A stretch of DNA of 64,000 nucleotides, from positions 78,858-142,857 of the forward strand of contig JBEOJY010000001.1 of NCBI GenBank assembly GCA_040275305.1, read 5' to 3'. The notes under the pieces are model-generated. The model was not told where the DNA came from and did no database searches. It saw only the letters and a program-made list of their open reading frames with translations. Positions 39,037 through 49,435 of the stretch are shown piece by piece (within the stretch, counting starts at the first letter, position 1; the number at the start of each line of letters is the position of its first letter). The position numbers and the translations under genes are program-made. The DNA comes from Bdellovibrionales bacterium. Lineage in GTDB: Bacteria; Pseudomonadota; Alphaproteobacteria; UBA9219.

Positions 39037-39921
39037 ATGGCTACACATCGTCGCGTCCGCAAAGCGGTTTTTCCTGTCGCGGGGTTGGGTACTCGATTCC
39101 TTCCGGCGACGAAGGCTATGCCGAAGGAGATGTTGACGCTGGTGGATCGTCCTTTGATCCAGCATGCTGTGGACGAGGCGCGGGCGGCTGGCATCGAGCA
39201 GTTCATTTTCGTCACGAGTCGCGGCAAGGGCGCTTTGGAAGACCATTTCGACAGTAATAATGACTTGAAGCGCACGCTGGAAAAGCGTGGCAAGACGGAT
39301 GCTCTCAAGCTTCTGGAGACGACGGAAATCGATTCCGGGCAGCTGTTGTTTACACGTCAGCGCGAGCCGTTGGGGCTTGGGCACGCGGTATGGTGCGCGC
39401 GGCACCTTGTGAACGACGAGCCTTTTGCCGTGTTGCTGGCCGACGACGTGGTGTTGGCGCAGAAGCCGTGTTTGCGACAGATGATCGAGGCCTATGACGA
39501 GACGGGCGGGAATTTGGTCGCGGTGGTCGATGTGCCGCGCGAGCAGACCAATCGTTACGGCATTCTCGATATTGAGCAGGACAAGGGCAAGCTGGTGTCG
39601 ATCAAGGGGCTGGTTGAGAAGCCTGCGCCGGAGGTCGCGCCTTCGACTCTTTCGATTATTGGGCGTTATATCTTACAGCCGGAGATTTTTAAGGAATTGG
39701 ATGCCAAGTTTACCGGCGCTGGCGGCGAGATTCAGCTGACCGACAGTATGGCTAAACTCATCGGCAAGCAGCCCTTCCATGGGCTTCGGTATGAGGGCAA
39801 ACGCTATGATTGTGGCGATAAAGCCGGGTTTATCGAGGCAAACGTGGCTTTTGCGCTGGCTCATGCCGATATGGGGGGCATCGTGCGGGATTCGGTTAAG
39901 AAGCTGGTTAGCGGCATGTGA
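39037..39921 (+). CDS. galU: UTP-glucose-1-phosphate uridylyltransferase
   Basis: KAVFPVAGLGTRFLPATKAMPKEML. SD aaggaggg upstream. Confidence 0.9.
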   Translation: MATHRRVRKAVFPVAGLGTRFLPATKAMPKEMLTLVDRPLIQHAVDEARAAGIEQFIFVTSRGKGALEDHFDSNNDLKRTLEKRGKTDALKLLETTEIDSGQLLFTRQREPLGLGHAVWCARHLVNDEPFAVLLADDVVLAQKPCLRQMIEAYDETGGNLVAVVDVPREQTNRYGILDIEQDKGKLVSIKGLVEKPAPEVAPSTLSIIGRYILQPEIFKELDAKFTGAGGEIQLTDSMAKLIGKQPFHGLRYEGKRYDCGDKAGFIEANVAFALAHADMGGIVRDSVKKLVSGM

Positions 39922-40073
39922 GCGTTTCGTAATAAAAGCTTTGCAATTTCTGCGCTATTTGGCTAATTTGCCGCCTTCGCTAGACCATGGGGGCGGAGCT
40001 TCGCGGGGCGTTGCCCTTGACTTAGATCTGCTTTTTGCGTTTGTGATCGTGCATGAAGGCCCGTTAAGGGTAG

Positions 40074-40150
40074 GCGCCCGTAGCTCAACTGGATAGAGCA
40101 TCTGACTACGAATCAGAAGGCTAGGAGTTCGAATCTCTTCGGGCGCGCCA
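40074..40150 (+). tRNA. tRNA-Arg (anticodon ACG)
   Basis: Cloverleaf folded by hand: acceptor GCGCCCG/CGGGCGC, anticodon loop CUACGAA, T-loop UUCGAAU, 3' CCA encoded. Confidence 0.9.
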
Positions 40151-40176
40151 TTCACGACAGACTATCTGGAGCGTCC

Positions 40177-40779
40177 ATGCGTCCCTTCACCCAACTCACA
40201 AGCGTCGCGGCGTCCTTGCCGATGGTGAATGTCGATACGGACGCGATCATTCCCAAGCAATTTCTCAAGACGATTCGGCGTTCCGGGCTGGGGCGCAATT
40301 TGTTTTACGATTTGCGATATCTACCATCTGGCGACGAGAATCCTGATTTCGCGTTGAACAAGCCGGACTGGAAAGACGCGCGGATTTTGATTGCGGGCGC
40401 GAATTTCGGGTGCGGTTCGAGCCGCGAGCATGCGCCGTGGGCGTTGGAGGATTACGGCATTCGCTGTGTGATCGCGCCGAGCTTTGCCGATATTTTTTAT
40501 AATAATTGTTTTAAGAATGGGCTGTTGCCGTTGGTTTTGCCGCAGGAGCAGGTGGACAGCCTGATGGCGCGCGCGCAGGCGAAAGCGGTTTTTACCATCG
40601 ACCTTGAACAACAAATTGTTTCGGTCGCGGCGAGCAATGAGCGATATGCCTTCACGATTGACCCATTTTTGCGCCATTGTTTGCTTGAGGGGCTGGACGA
40701 GATTGGGCTGACCGAGCAGCATGTCGACGATATCGCGGCGTTCGAGCAGCGCCGCGAGGCCGAGAGGGCGTGGCTGTAG
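40177..40779 (+). CDS. leuD: 3-isopropylmalate dehydratase small subunit
   Basis: [13 protein letters not shown]; [17 protein letters not shown]. Confidence 0.9.
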   Translation: MRPFTQLTSVAASLPMVNVDTDAIIPKQFLKTIRRSGLGRNLFYDLRYLPSGDENPDFALNKPDWKDARILIAGANFGCGSSREHAPWALEDYGIRCVIAPSFADIFYNNCFKNGLLPLVLPQEQVDSLMARAQAKAVFTIDLEQQIVSVAASNERYAFTIDPFLRHCLLEGLDEIGLTEQHVDDIAAFEQRREAERAWL

Positions 40780-40790
40780 AATTATCTATA

Positions 40791-40908
40791 CCCCCAACCT
40801 CTTAGAGTTGGCAAAAACCCACCGACAGCAAGGCGTCACACCCGCGAAGGCGGGTGTGACGCTGCGTTGTGGGGCATCATTTTGCCAACTCTTCACGCGC
40901 GATGGGTC
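40791..40908. repeat. Interspersed palindromic repeat, family D variant
   Basis: agagttggcaaaa...gtcacacccgcgaaggcgggtgtgac...ttttgccaactct. Confidence 0.55.
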
Positions 40909-41600
40909 TAGTAGTTGCGTACGAGGCCTATCAGGGTTCCTTGCACCTTGACCGCATCGGCGGGCAGGAGTCTGGTTTCATAGTTTTTATTGGCGGGAAT
41001 CAGCGCGATCTGGTTGCCGCGTCTTTCGAAGAATTTCAGCGTGGCTTCGTGGTCGTGGATCAGCGCGACGACGATGGCGCCGTTTTCGGCGGTGTCGCAG
41101 GCGCGGATGACGATGCGGTCGCCGTCGAGGATTCCCGCTTCGATCATCGAGTCGCCAGCGATTTCGAGCGCGTAGTGTTGAGGCGTGGTTGAAGCGGTTC
41201 TTGGCGGCGATTTCCCCAGCATCGACGGTGGTATTTCAAGCTGCGCCGAGGGGTCGCGCAGCGCCTCGATGGGTGTGCCCGCCGCTATGCGGCCATAGAG
41301 CGGGATGGTCAGGCTGGTGGCGAATTCGTCGGGGGGGCGGACGGAATCGTTGCTACTATGGCGTGCGAGACTGGCCCGCTCCCCCGTTTCTGGCATGCGC
41401 AAGATCTCTAAAGCGCGCGCACGATGCGGCAAGCGGCGAATGAAGCCGCGATCTTCAAGTCCGGTGATAAGGCGGTGGATGCCTGATTTGGAATGCAGGC
41501 CCAACGCTGTTTTCATTTCCTCGAAGGAGGGGGGGACGCCGTTGGCCGCGAGGCGGTCATGGATTAGGACGAGAAGGTCCTTTTGTTTTTGGGTCAGCAT
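40908..41600 (-). CDS. lexA: LexA repressor
   Basis: Start MLTQKQKDLLVLI (winged HTH). C-terminal S24 peptidase domain (GDSM, Ser/Lys dyad). Confidence 0.9.
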   Translation of the reverse strand: MLTQKQKDLLVLIHDRLAANGVPPSFEEMKTALGLHSKSGIHRLITGLEDRGFIRRLPHRARALEILRMPETGERASLARHSSNDSVRPPDEFATSLTIPLYGRIAAGTPIEALRDPSAQLEIPPSMLGKSPPRTASTTPQHYALEIAGDSMIEAGILDGDRIVIRACDTAENGAIVVALIHDHEATLKFFERRGNQIALIPANKNYETRLLPADAVKVQGTLIGLVRNY

Positions 41601-41626
41601 GATAGGGTTGATTCCTGTGGCGTGTA

Positions 41627-41645
41627 GAACAAAACAAGAATGTTC
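41627..41645. promoter_or_regulatory. Alphaproteobacterial-type LexA box (GAAC-N7-GAAT; also a GAAC...GTTC palindrome) between divergent lexA and xthA
   Basis: gaacaaaacaagaatgttc. A second GTTC-N6-GTTC lies just downstream at ~41653-41666. Confidence 0.5.
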
Positions 41646-41693
41646 TAGTTTAGTTCCGTGGGGTTCGTCAAGCGGGTTTTTTTGAGGCTGTCT

Positions 41694-42461
41694 ATGCGCA
41701 TTGCGACGTGGAACGTGAATTCGGTGCGGGCAAGGATGGCGAATGCGCTGGAGTGGCTTGGCGCGGCGAAACCTGACATCGTTCTTTTGCAGGAGATCAA
41801 GTGCGAAACGGAGGCGTTTCCGCGCCTTGAATTCGAAGCGCTTGGTTATCACTGCCATGCGCTGGGGCAGAAGAGTTATAACGGGGTTGCGATTCTAAGC
41901 CGTTTGCCGATTGAAGACGTTCGTGAAGGATTGCTGGGCGATGCGGGTGACGCACAGGCGCGGTATCTTGAGGCGCTGATTGGCGGCGTGCGAATCGCTA
42001 GCCTTTATGTGCCGAACGGCAATCCGGTCGAGACGGAGAAATTCACTTATAAGCTTGCATGGATGGAGCGGTTGCGCGTTCACGCGGCGGAGCTTTTGCG
42101 GCGTGAGGAGGCGCTTGTTCTTGGCGGCGATTACAACGTGATTCCGGAAGCGCTGGACGTGTACGATCCGGCGGCGTGGGAACAGGATGCGTTGTTTCAT
42201 CCGATGGCTCGCGCGGCGTTTCGACGGCTGGAGGCGCTGGGCTTGACGGATATTTATCGCGCCCTGCATCCTGATAAACCGCATGCCTATACGTTTTGGG
42301 ACTATCAGGCGGGCGCGTGGCCTCAGGATCACGGGTTGCGCATCGACCATTTTCTGATGTCGCCAGAAGCCGTGGATCGTGTGCGCGGCTGTCAGATTGA
42401 TCGCGCCCCGCGCGGGCAGGATAAGGCTTCGGATCATACGCCGGTGGTGGTGGAGATATAG
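41694..42461 (+). CDS. xthA: Exodeoxyribonuclease III
   Basis: MRIATWNVNS..., LQEIK, GDYNV, DH...S EEP-fold motifs. Confidence 0.9.
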   Translation: MRIATWNVNSVRARMANALEWLGAAKPDIVLLQEIKCETEAFPRLEFEALGYHCHALGQKSYNGVAILSRLPIEDVREGLLGDAGDAQARYLEALIGGVRIASLYVPNGNPVETEKFTYKLAWMERLRVHAAELLRREEALVLGGDYNVIPEALDVYDPAAWEQDALFHPMARAAFRRLEALGLTDIYRALHPDKPHAYTFWDYQAGAWPQDHGLRIDHFLMSPEAVDRVRGCQIDRAPRGQDKASDHTPVVVEI

Positions 42462-42494
42462 TAGGCAAAGTATGGAGGCGAGGGACCAGATGCT

Positions 42495-44666
42495 TTATTT
42501 TCCCTTCGCGCGTTCAACCGAGTTGATGGCGCGGTTGGCGCGCAGCGCGGCGATGATGTTGGTGAGGTGTTCGACGCTGTTGACTTCCACATCGACAAAG
42601 AGATCGAAGAACTCGGTCGAACGGTTGAGAATCTTCAGATTTGTGATGTTGCCGCCGTTTTTGCCGATGAGAGTCGTCAGTGTGCCGAAGCTGTTGGGTT
42701 GGTTCACGAGCACGACGTTGAGGCGTCCTATTTGCACATGGCCATCCTTGCCGTGGCCGTCGTCCCAGCCCACGTCGACCCAGCGCGTGGGCGAACGCGC
42801 GAAGCTTTCGAGCGTTTCGCAGTCGCTGGTGTGGATGGTCACGCCTTTGCCGGTGGTGACGATTCCGACGATGGCGTCTCCTGGCAGCGGGTGGCAGCAT
42901 CGCGCGTAATGGACCGCCATGCCGGGGATCAGGCCTTTGAGCGTCAGCGGCGCGGAGGTTTGCGGCGACGTCGCCGCTTTGGGTTTGAAGATTGGCGCTT
43001 TGAAGCTGCCTATGAAGCCTTTCTTATCTTTGGATTTTAGCTGATCCGGCGGGTAGGCCGCCGCGAACACGTCACGCGCCGATTGCAGCGACGCGCCGAT
43101 GTTGGCGAGCAGATCTTCAAGCGACGCGCTTTGGAAATTCTTCGCGATGGCTTCAAAAGATTTGTCGGAGAATTCAAGGCCTTCTTGCTTGCATAGTTTA
43201 TCGAGCATCGAGCGGCCCAGCAAAATAAATTCCGTGCGTTGCTGGTTGCGGATGAAGCGGCGGATGCAGGAGCGCGCTTTGCCACTGACGACGAAGCGTT
43301 CCCATGCGGGCGACGGCATGCCGCCTTTTTGGGTGATGATATCGACTTGATCGCCGTTGCGCAGAGACGTGCGTAGCGGAACCATGCGCCCGTTGACTTT
43401 TGCGCCGACGCAGCTGTCTCCGACTTTGCTATGCACGCCATATGCGAAATCGACGGGCGTCGAGCCGCGCGGCAGCGCAATCAAGTCGCCTTTGGGCGTG
43501 AAGCAGAAGACCTGATCTTGAAACAGTTCCAGTTTGGTGTTTTCGAGGAATTCTTCCGGTCTTTGCGCGTGCTCCACGATATCGAGCAGCTCGCGCAGCC
43601 AGCGGTATTGCACGCCGTCCGTCGTTGGCGCTCCTTGCTTGTAGCTCCAGTGCGCGGCGACGCCCATTACCGCGATGGCATGCATTTCCTTCGTGCGGAT
43701 CTGGATCTCGATTCGATGTTTTTCTGGGCCGATCACGCCAGTGTGGAGACTTTGGTAGCCGTTCGGTTTGGGCGTCGAGATGTAATCCTTGAAGCGGCCC
43801 GGCACAACGGGATAGCGGCTGTGAATGACGCCGAGCGCTTGATAGCATTGTTCGATGTTGTCCACGATGATGCGGAACGCCATGATGTCGGAGAGCTGTT
43901 CGACCGCGACGTTCTTACGTTGCATCTTGCGCCAGATGGAATAGGGCGCTTTTTCGCGACCATAAACGATGGCGGAGTTAAGGCCGGATTCGGCTAGCAC
44001 GAGGCGCAGTTCGTCGAGCACCTTGTGGACGAGGCTGCTGCCTTCGCTGCGCAGAAAATTCAAGCGCGTGACGATGCTGGCGCGCGCGTCGTGGTTCAGT
44101 TCCTGAAACGACAAATCCTCCAGCTCGTCTTCCATTTTCTCGATGCCGATGCGCTGCGCGAGCGGGGCATAGATTTCGAGCGTTTCGCGCGCGATGCGGT
44201 GGCGCTTGTTGGGATCCTTCAGATGATACAGCGTCCGCATGTTGTGCAGGCGGTCGGCGAGCTTGACGAGCAGGACGCGGATGTCTTCGGACATCGCGAG
44301 CACGAGCTTGCGGAAGTTTTCGGCTTGCTTGGTTTGGTCGCTTTGCAATTCAATGCGCGAGAGCTTGGTCACGCCATCCACAAGCCTTGCGACGTTGGGG
44401 CCGAACTGTTTTTGAATATCTTCCAGCGAGGCGAGCGTATCTTCCACCGTGTCGTGCAGAAGCGCCGTCGCGATGGTCGTGCAGTCCATTTTCATGTCGG
44501 TGAGGATTCCGGCGACTTCAAGCGGGTGCGAGAAGTACGGGTCGCCGGAGGCGCGCGTTTGGGTGCCGTGCGCTTGCATCGAGAAGACATAGGCGCGGTT
44601 CAGCAGGTCTTCGTTGACGTCCTTGTCGTAGGCGCGCACGCGCTCGACCAGCTCGTATTGCCTCAT
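42495..44666 (-). CDS. spoT: Bifunctional (p)ppGpp synthetase/hydrolase (Rsh/SpoT)
   Basis: HD domain (HDTVEDT), synthetase, TGS and ACT domains. Start taken at MRQYELVERV; in-frame alternative start at 44840. Confidence 0.93.
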   Translation of the reverse strand: MRQYELVERVRAYDKDVNEDLLNRAYVFSMQAHGTQTRASGDPYFSHPLEVAGILTDMKMDCTTIATALLHDTVEDTLASLEDIQKQFGPNVARLVDGVTKLSRIELQSDQTKQAENFRKLVLAMSEDIRVLLVKLADRLHNMRTLYHLKDPNKRHRIARETLEIYAPLAQRIGIEKMEDELEDLSFQELNHDARASIVTRLNFLRSEGSSLVHKVLDELRLVLAESGLNSAIVYGREKAPYSIWRKMQRKNVAVEQLSDIMAFRIIVDNIEQCYQALGVIHSRYPVVPGRFKDYISTPKPNGYQSLHTGVIGPEKHRIEIQIRTKEMHAIAVMGVAAHWSYKQGAPTTDGVQYRWLRELLDIVEHAQRPEEFLENTKLELFQDQVFCFTPKGDLIALPRGSTPVDFAYGVHSKVGDSCVGAKVNGRMVPLRTSLRNGDQVDIITQKGGMPSPAWERFVVSGKARSCIRRFIRNQQRTEFILLGRSMLDKLCKQEGLEFSDKSFEAIAKNFQSASLEDLLANIGASLQSARDVFAAAYPPDQLKSKDKKGFIGSFKAPIFKPKAATSPQTSAPLTLKGLIPGMAVHYARCCHPLPGDAIVGIVTTGKGVTIHTSDCETLESFARSPTRWVDVGWDDGHGKDGHVQIGRLNVVLVNQPNSFGTLTTLIGKNGGNITNLKILNRSTEFFDLFVDVEVNSVEHLTNIIAALRANRAINSVERAKGK

Positions 44667-44973
44667 TAGATGCGCGGGTTTCAAGGTGGCTGGCGGAGGG
44701 GAGATGGTTGACGTGTCGGCGGCCAATCCGGGGCCTGATGATTCAGTCATATCATGAGGCGCCCTATCGTCGTTATGCGAAGAGGGCGGCACGTTGCCCG
44801 TTTCATTCAGGGCGCCGGGAGTCGGTTCGTCCGTGGGCATGTTGGGCGTTCAGGGAACCTCTTTAGATTGCCATACTTATGACCTTCAAGCGTATGGGAT
44901 TATCGATTCATAGACCAACGCTACAGGACAAGCTACTCCTAATCGTATTTTCGGCGCTTCCAGAAATTTTCGT

Positions 44974-45423
44974 CTAGCGTTTTGCGTCTGTGTCTTCGTA
45001 AGATGCCGTCGCGCCTTCTTCGGGGCCGGCATCGGCTTCGGATTCAAGGTTTTCTTCGTCGCTTACTTCTTCGTCATCGTCGGGCAGGTCGTCGAGGCTT
45101 CGCGATCCGGGCTCGTTCACGTCGTCCATTGCGCCAGCCCAGTTCTGCTGTTCGCCTGTCATTGTGTCGAGCGTTTCTTCTTCCGGTTGCTCGGGTTCGA
45201 TCCGCTTTTGGAATGTTTTAACCAAAGAATCTTCCACAGTCGAAAGGTCCAGTCGCGATTCCGCAATTTCACGCAGAGCGACGACCGGGTTTTTATCGCG
45301 ATCACGTTCGATGGCTAGCTCCGCGCCGGATGCAAGCGCACGGGCACGGTGGGCCGCCAGCATGACAAGCTCGAAGCGGTTGGGGATTTGAACAACGCAA
45401 TCTTCCACGGTAACGCGCGCCAT
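44974..45423 (-). CDS. rpoZ: RNA polymerase omega subunit
   Basis: MARVTVEDC...NRFELV..AAHRAR. Acidic C-terminal tail. Conserved rpoZ-spoT pairing. Confidence 0.85.
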   Translation of the reverse strand: MARVTVEDCVVQIPNRFELVMLAAHRARALASGAELAIERDRDKNPVVALREIAESRLDLSTVEDSLVKTFQKRIEPEQPEEETLDTMTGEQQNWAGAMDDVNEPGSRSLDDLPDDDEEVSDEENLESEADAGPEEGATASYEDTDAKR

Positions 45424-45947
45424 ATGCATTCCTTTCGATGACTATCAGTAGCCTACTTGCGTAAACCTATCGGCTGATCTTTGCAAGGCCATGCGCCTTG
45501 CTTGTGGCCATTTCCGATCCGGCGGGTCGTAAGGCCCTAAATTTCTATAGCTTTCGGCTGCCTGAAATAGATAGCTTCCTGCCTGATCTTTATACGCTTC
45601 GCAAAGGCTTTATTCTTTTTTCTATCTTACCTTGTTTTCTAACTGCTTGTAAAGCCTGCAATTTGTAATTTTAGTGTGTTTGAGCGGCGGTTCGTAAAAT
45701 TATTCGGTTGTATTCCGTGGAGGGTTCACGTACGTTTTTTTTGGGTGATTCGTGATCGTGGCGATCCTGTTGGGAAGTGTCTAGGCGCGGCGTCGGGGAG
45801 TTTTTGCTTGATTTGCGTAATGACTTGGTAGAAAAAGGATTTTTTGCGCTATTTGCACGATTTGGCAATCTTACGACAATGGGGCAGATGCAAGGTATTT
45901 CCGCGCGGAAGTCGGGCATTAACGGTTTTTGTTAACCAGAGGGTGAC

Positions 45948-46574
45948 ATGATTTTTTACAAGGAAGAGCGTACCGCGATGTTTATTGACGGCGCGAATCT
46001 TTATGCAGCCGCGAGAGGATTGGGGTTCGATATTGACTACAAGAGGTTGCTGGAGGTGTTTGCCGGGCGCGGGAGACTCGTTCGCGCGTTCTATTACACG
46101 GCGCTGATCGAGAATGAGGAATACTCTCCGATTCGTCCGCTCGTCGACTGGCTTGACTATAACGGCTACACGATGGTTACGAAACCAACCAAAGAATTTA
46201 CGGATGCTTTCGGTCGCCGCAAGATCAAGGGCAACATGGATATCGAGCTGGCCATCGACGTGATGGAAATCTCGGAGCATGTGGATCATATCGTTGTTTT
46301 CTCAGGCGACGGCGATTTTCGCAGGCTGGTCGAAGCTGTGCAACGCAAGGGCGTGCGCGTGAGCGTCGTCAGCACGATGCGTTCCTCGCCGCCGATGGTT
46401 GCCGATGAGTTGCGTCGTCAGGCCGATAACTTTATCGAGCTTCAGGACCTTATGCATCTTATCTCACGCGCGCGCACGGAAGGTCAGCAAGGCGCTTCGC
46501 CGCAGCAGACTACTATTAAAGAAGTCGCGCAGAATCTTGCCGTTACGCAAGAGCAGATTCAGGACGTTGCCTGA
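45948..46574 (+). CDS. NYN-domain (LabA-like) protein
   Basis: FIDGANLY ... VVFSGDGDF motifs. Confidence 0.75.
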   Translation: MIFYKEERTAMFIDGANLYAAARGLGFDIDYKRLLEVFAGRGRLVRAFYYTALIENEEYSPIRPLVDWLDYNGYTMVTKPTKEFTDAFGRRKIKGNMDIELAIDVMEISEHVDHIVVFSGDGDFRRLVEAVQRKGVRVSVVSTMRSSPPMVADELRRQADNFIELQDLMHLISRARTEGQQGASPQQTTIKEVAQNLAVTQEQIQDVA

Positions 46575-46769
46575 TGAGTTCCAGAGTTAGGAAGTTGGGC
46601 GTTTAGCTCCTGTTGTTTGAGCGAGTTTTTTTCTTGCGCATTCTTCCTTCGCTTGTCCCCATACATGGGGACTTATTTCTGGCTGTGCTGTATCACGTTG
46701 GAGGCTAACTTTTCCTTCAATATCAGGGCAATTGTTTGGGATACAGCCATTCCAAATCATTTCGATGAT

Positions 46770-46860
46770 GCGCAATCGTCCGTTCTTGCGAGGAGCTTCG
46801 CTCCGAAGCGATTCAGAATCTCAGGCGACTGCATTTGGCTCTGGATCGCGTCGCTTTGTT
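46770..46860. repeat. Interspersed palindromic repeat, family C variant
   Basis: tcttgcgaggagcttcgctccgaagcgattcag...ctctggatcgcgtcgc. Confidence 0.5.
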
Positions 46861-46897
46861 CGCGCTGTAGGCATCGTCTTGTGTTGCGGCATGGCGT

Positions 46898-47749
46898 TCA
46901 AAGCCTTCCTGCAGCAGCGATTTCGTTGCCTCTGCCTAGCACAAAATCGGTGAGCGGTTCGACGACGACCTGCATGTGGTGGCCGCTGGCGTGGATGATG
47001 TGATCTGGTCCCGTCATAATGCCGACATGGCCTTTGACGAAGACGAGGTCTCCGCGTTTCCAGGCCACATCGCGCCAGTGGCAAGGGAGCGTTTTTCCGT
47101 ACGTTTCGCATTGCTGGTCGGCGTCACGTGGGCAGTCGTCGCGCCCAGACAATTCTAAGGCCAATTGCACAAGGCCAGAACAGTCGATGCCGTTGGCGCT
47201 TCTTCCCCCCCATAGGTAAGGCGTGTGCAGCAAGCGGCCTGCCGTAAAGACATAATCGCTTGTGAGGGATTCGGAGGCGGGCAATACGTGATCGGCATAG
47301 ACGTAACCGCCCCCTAGGAGGGCGACCATCTTGCCTTCTTGTTGCAGGGGTTTGACGTAAGAGCCGAGGGTCAGGGTGTCGAGCACGGGGCTTTTGATGT
47401 TGGGTTCTGCATAGACAAAGGTTTTGAGTATGCCAATTCGGCTCGACAGATCCGCGATTTCTTCGCTCATGGTGTTTTCAGACGGCATATAGCCGACATA
47501 CCGATCTGTCCGGTTTTGCACCCAGACATAACCGTCGTTGCGCGTTTCGAAGACGTCGATGAACTCGCCATAGCGGATCTGACTGACGAGGGGGGCTTTC
47601 GCGTTGGGGGCGGCTAGCAACGGCACGATGCCACGCACACACTGGCGCAGCGTTGGTTCGATATAGCGCAGAGCCTCTACGATTCCGCTGAGCGATAAAT
47701 CGGCTAGATCGGGGCGATAGGCGTGGGTGCGGGGGTCAGGCAAGGTCAT
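46898..47749 (-). CDS. NlpC/P60 (C40) peptidase with N-terminal SH3-like region
   Basis: GIDCSGLVQ (Cys) and GHVGIM (His) motifs. Start MTLPDPRTHAYRPDLA. Confidence 0.8.
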   Translation of the reverse strand: MTLPDPRTHAYRPDLADLSLSGIVEALRYIEPTLRQCVRGIVPLLAAPNAKAPLVSQIRYGEFIDVFETRNDGYVWVQNRTDRYVGYMPSENTMSEEIADLSSRIGILKTFVYAEPNIKSPVLDTLTLGSYVKPLQQEGKMVALLGGGYVYADHVLPASESLTSDYVFTAGRLLHTPYLWGGRSANGIDCSGLVQLALELSGRDDCPRDADQQCETYGKTLPCHWRDVAWKRGDLVFVKGHVGIMTGPDHIIHASGHHMQVVVEPLTDFVLGRGNEIAAAGRL

Positions 47750-47759
47750 GTTGTGGGGA

Positions 47760-48359
47760 CTAAGCGCCTGTTTTAGCGCAGCGCAACTTATCAAGAAAAC
47801 CCGTGAAAATGCGCGGAGCTATTCGGGTTAGGACATCATCGCGGTCTATCCAGTGATGCTTAAGCGCGGCGGCAACATGGAGAACAAGCAACGCAACCAT
47901 GCCGTAGGCAAGCAGTTCGTGGGATTCATGCGCAAACTCGTTGATTTCCTGTTTGTTGGCTAGCGTGGAGATTATTGGCAGATGCGGCAGGGGGACTAAG
48001 CCGAATAGAACGGTTGGGAAGTTGCGCGACGAGGTGGACACCATGGCCCAGCCGGAGAGGGGTATGCCGATCATCAGGACGTAGAGCAGTCCATGGACAA
48101 TGCGCGCCAGAGCTTTTTCCCAAGTTTTCATTGCGCTTGGCATTGGCGGCGCGCTATGCGCTAGCCTCCAGCCTAGGCGCAGCAAGCTTAGCAGGAGAAT
48201 GGCGATGCCGATGGATTTATGCAGGCCATAAAGAGCTGATTTACCGGGGCCGTTTGGCGCGTCTCCCATCGTCCATCCCAGCGCCAACATGCCGAGAATG
48301 GCGAGCGCGATTAGCCAGTGAAAAGTTTTGGCTACTTTGTCGTAGGACGGGTTCGTCAT
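47760..48359 (-). CDS. cybB: Cytochrome b561 family protein
   Basis: Four TM helices with conserved His residues (HWLIA..., HKS.G, H..L..LH). Confidence 0.75.
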   Translation of the reverse strand: MTNPSYDKVAKTFHWLIALAILGMLALGWTMGDAPNGPGKSALYGLHKSIGIAILLLSLLRLGWRLAHSAPPMPSAMKTWEKALARIVHGLLYVLMIGIPLSGWAMVSTSSRNFPTVLFGLVPLPHLPIISTLANKQEINEFAHESHELLAYGMVALLVLHVAAALKHHWIDRDDVLTRIAPRIFTGFLDKLRCAKTGA

Positions 48360-48400
48360 GGCGCGCGCTCCTTTTCGATATTGTCTTAAGATTCGGTTTT

Positions 48401-49042
48401 CTAGTCGGCTTTGTTAAACTCCGTTTCGATCTGCAATGTTACTTCGTCGCCGATCATGGGCAGGTAGTTGGTCAGGCCGAAGTCGCTACGACGAATGGTC
48501 GCGGTCGCGCTGAAACCCAAAACCGGCTTTTTGAGCATCGGATGCTCGCCCGATCCGATCAATGCCACGTCGAGCGTCAACGGTTTCGTGACACCCATTA
48601 GCGTGAATTCTCCGGTGATTTTTGCGGCTGCAGGGCCAGCGCGTTCGATCTTGACGCCATGGAAGGTAGCGCGCTGGAATTTCAGGACATTAAACCATTT
48701 GTCTCCGCGCAGTTCTTCTTCCAGTTTGACGTTGTTCGCGTTCACGCTGTTCGGGTAGACGGTAATATCGAGGCCGCTTTGCTCCGGCGCGTTCGCGTTG
48801 AAATTCATCGTGCCTTCAATCTTATCGAAGCGGCCGGTAAAGCGCGAGAAGCCCATGTGCAGGACGCGGAAAGTCACGCTTGTATGGTTCGGATCCAGTT
48901 GATAGGTGCCTGAGACGAGGGCAGGACGGGCATCGCTTTCAGCCTGAGTGGGGGCTGCGGGTTGCAGAATTAGGGCCAGAGAGGCTAACATTGCGATGGC
49001 CAGAAACGACAATAGTGGGCGTATGGAGCGCACAAGGCGCAT
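48401..49042 (-). CDS. yceI: YceI-family periplasmic protein
   Basis: Signal peptide. YQLDPNHTSVTFRVLHMGFSRFTGRF motif region. Confidence 0.8.
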   Translation of the reverse strand: MRLVRSIRPLLSFLAIAMLASLALILQPAAPTQAESDARPALVSGTYQLDPNHTSVTFRVLHMGFSRFTGRFDKIEGTMNFNANAPEQSGLDITVYPNSVNANNVKLEEELRGDKWFNVLKFQRATFHGVKIERAGPAAAKITGEFTLMGVTKPLTLDVALIGSGEHPMLKKPVLGFSATATIRRSDFGLTNYLPMIGDEVTLQIETEFNKAD

Positions 49043-49208
49043 GGGCAACACTCCGTGTCAGGGGTAAGGTCGCTTTATTATTAGAACCTGACTCGCGTCT
49101 TTGCAATGTCGCCTTCGGTTTCATTGGAGCAATATCATGCCCCGTATGCGGCTTTTCGCGCTTGACAAACGACGCGATGCCACCTTTATTACCTCGCGTC
49201 CGACGAGG

Positions 49209-49283
49209 CGGGTGCGTAGCTCAGCGGGAGAGCATTACCTTCACACGGTAGGGGTCACAGGTTCAATCCCTGTCGCACCCACC
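49209..49283 (+). tRNA. tRNA-Val (anticodon CAC)
   Basis: Hand-folded: acceptor GGGUGCG/CGCACCC, anticodon loop UUCACAC, T-loop UUCAAUC, CCA encoded. Confidence 0.88.
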
Positions 49284-49435
49284 AGCTTCGTCAGCGCGGT
49301 CGGATACGGTCAGCGATTTTTGGCCGAATGCTTTTCGTTGCGGATTTCAAAATATTTATTTTCATTGTCGCTCCGCTAGTTTGATTTTTCATTATATTTT
49401 CCGGTTTCTCTCCAATCTGTCCTGAAGGGTTTTCC

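Noticed and set aside
42514-44669. Several 120-215-aa ORFs in both strands inside spoT/rsh
   Set aside because: All overlap the 781-codon Rsh frame, which carries HD, synthetase, TGS and ACT motifs.
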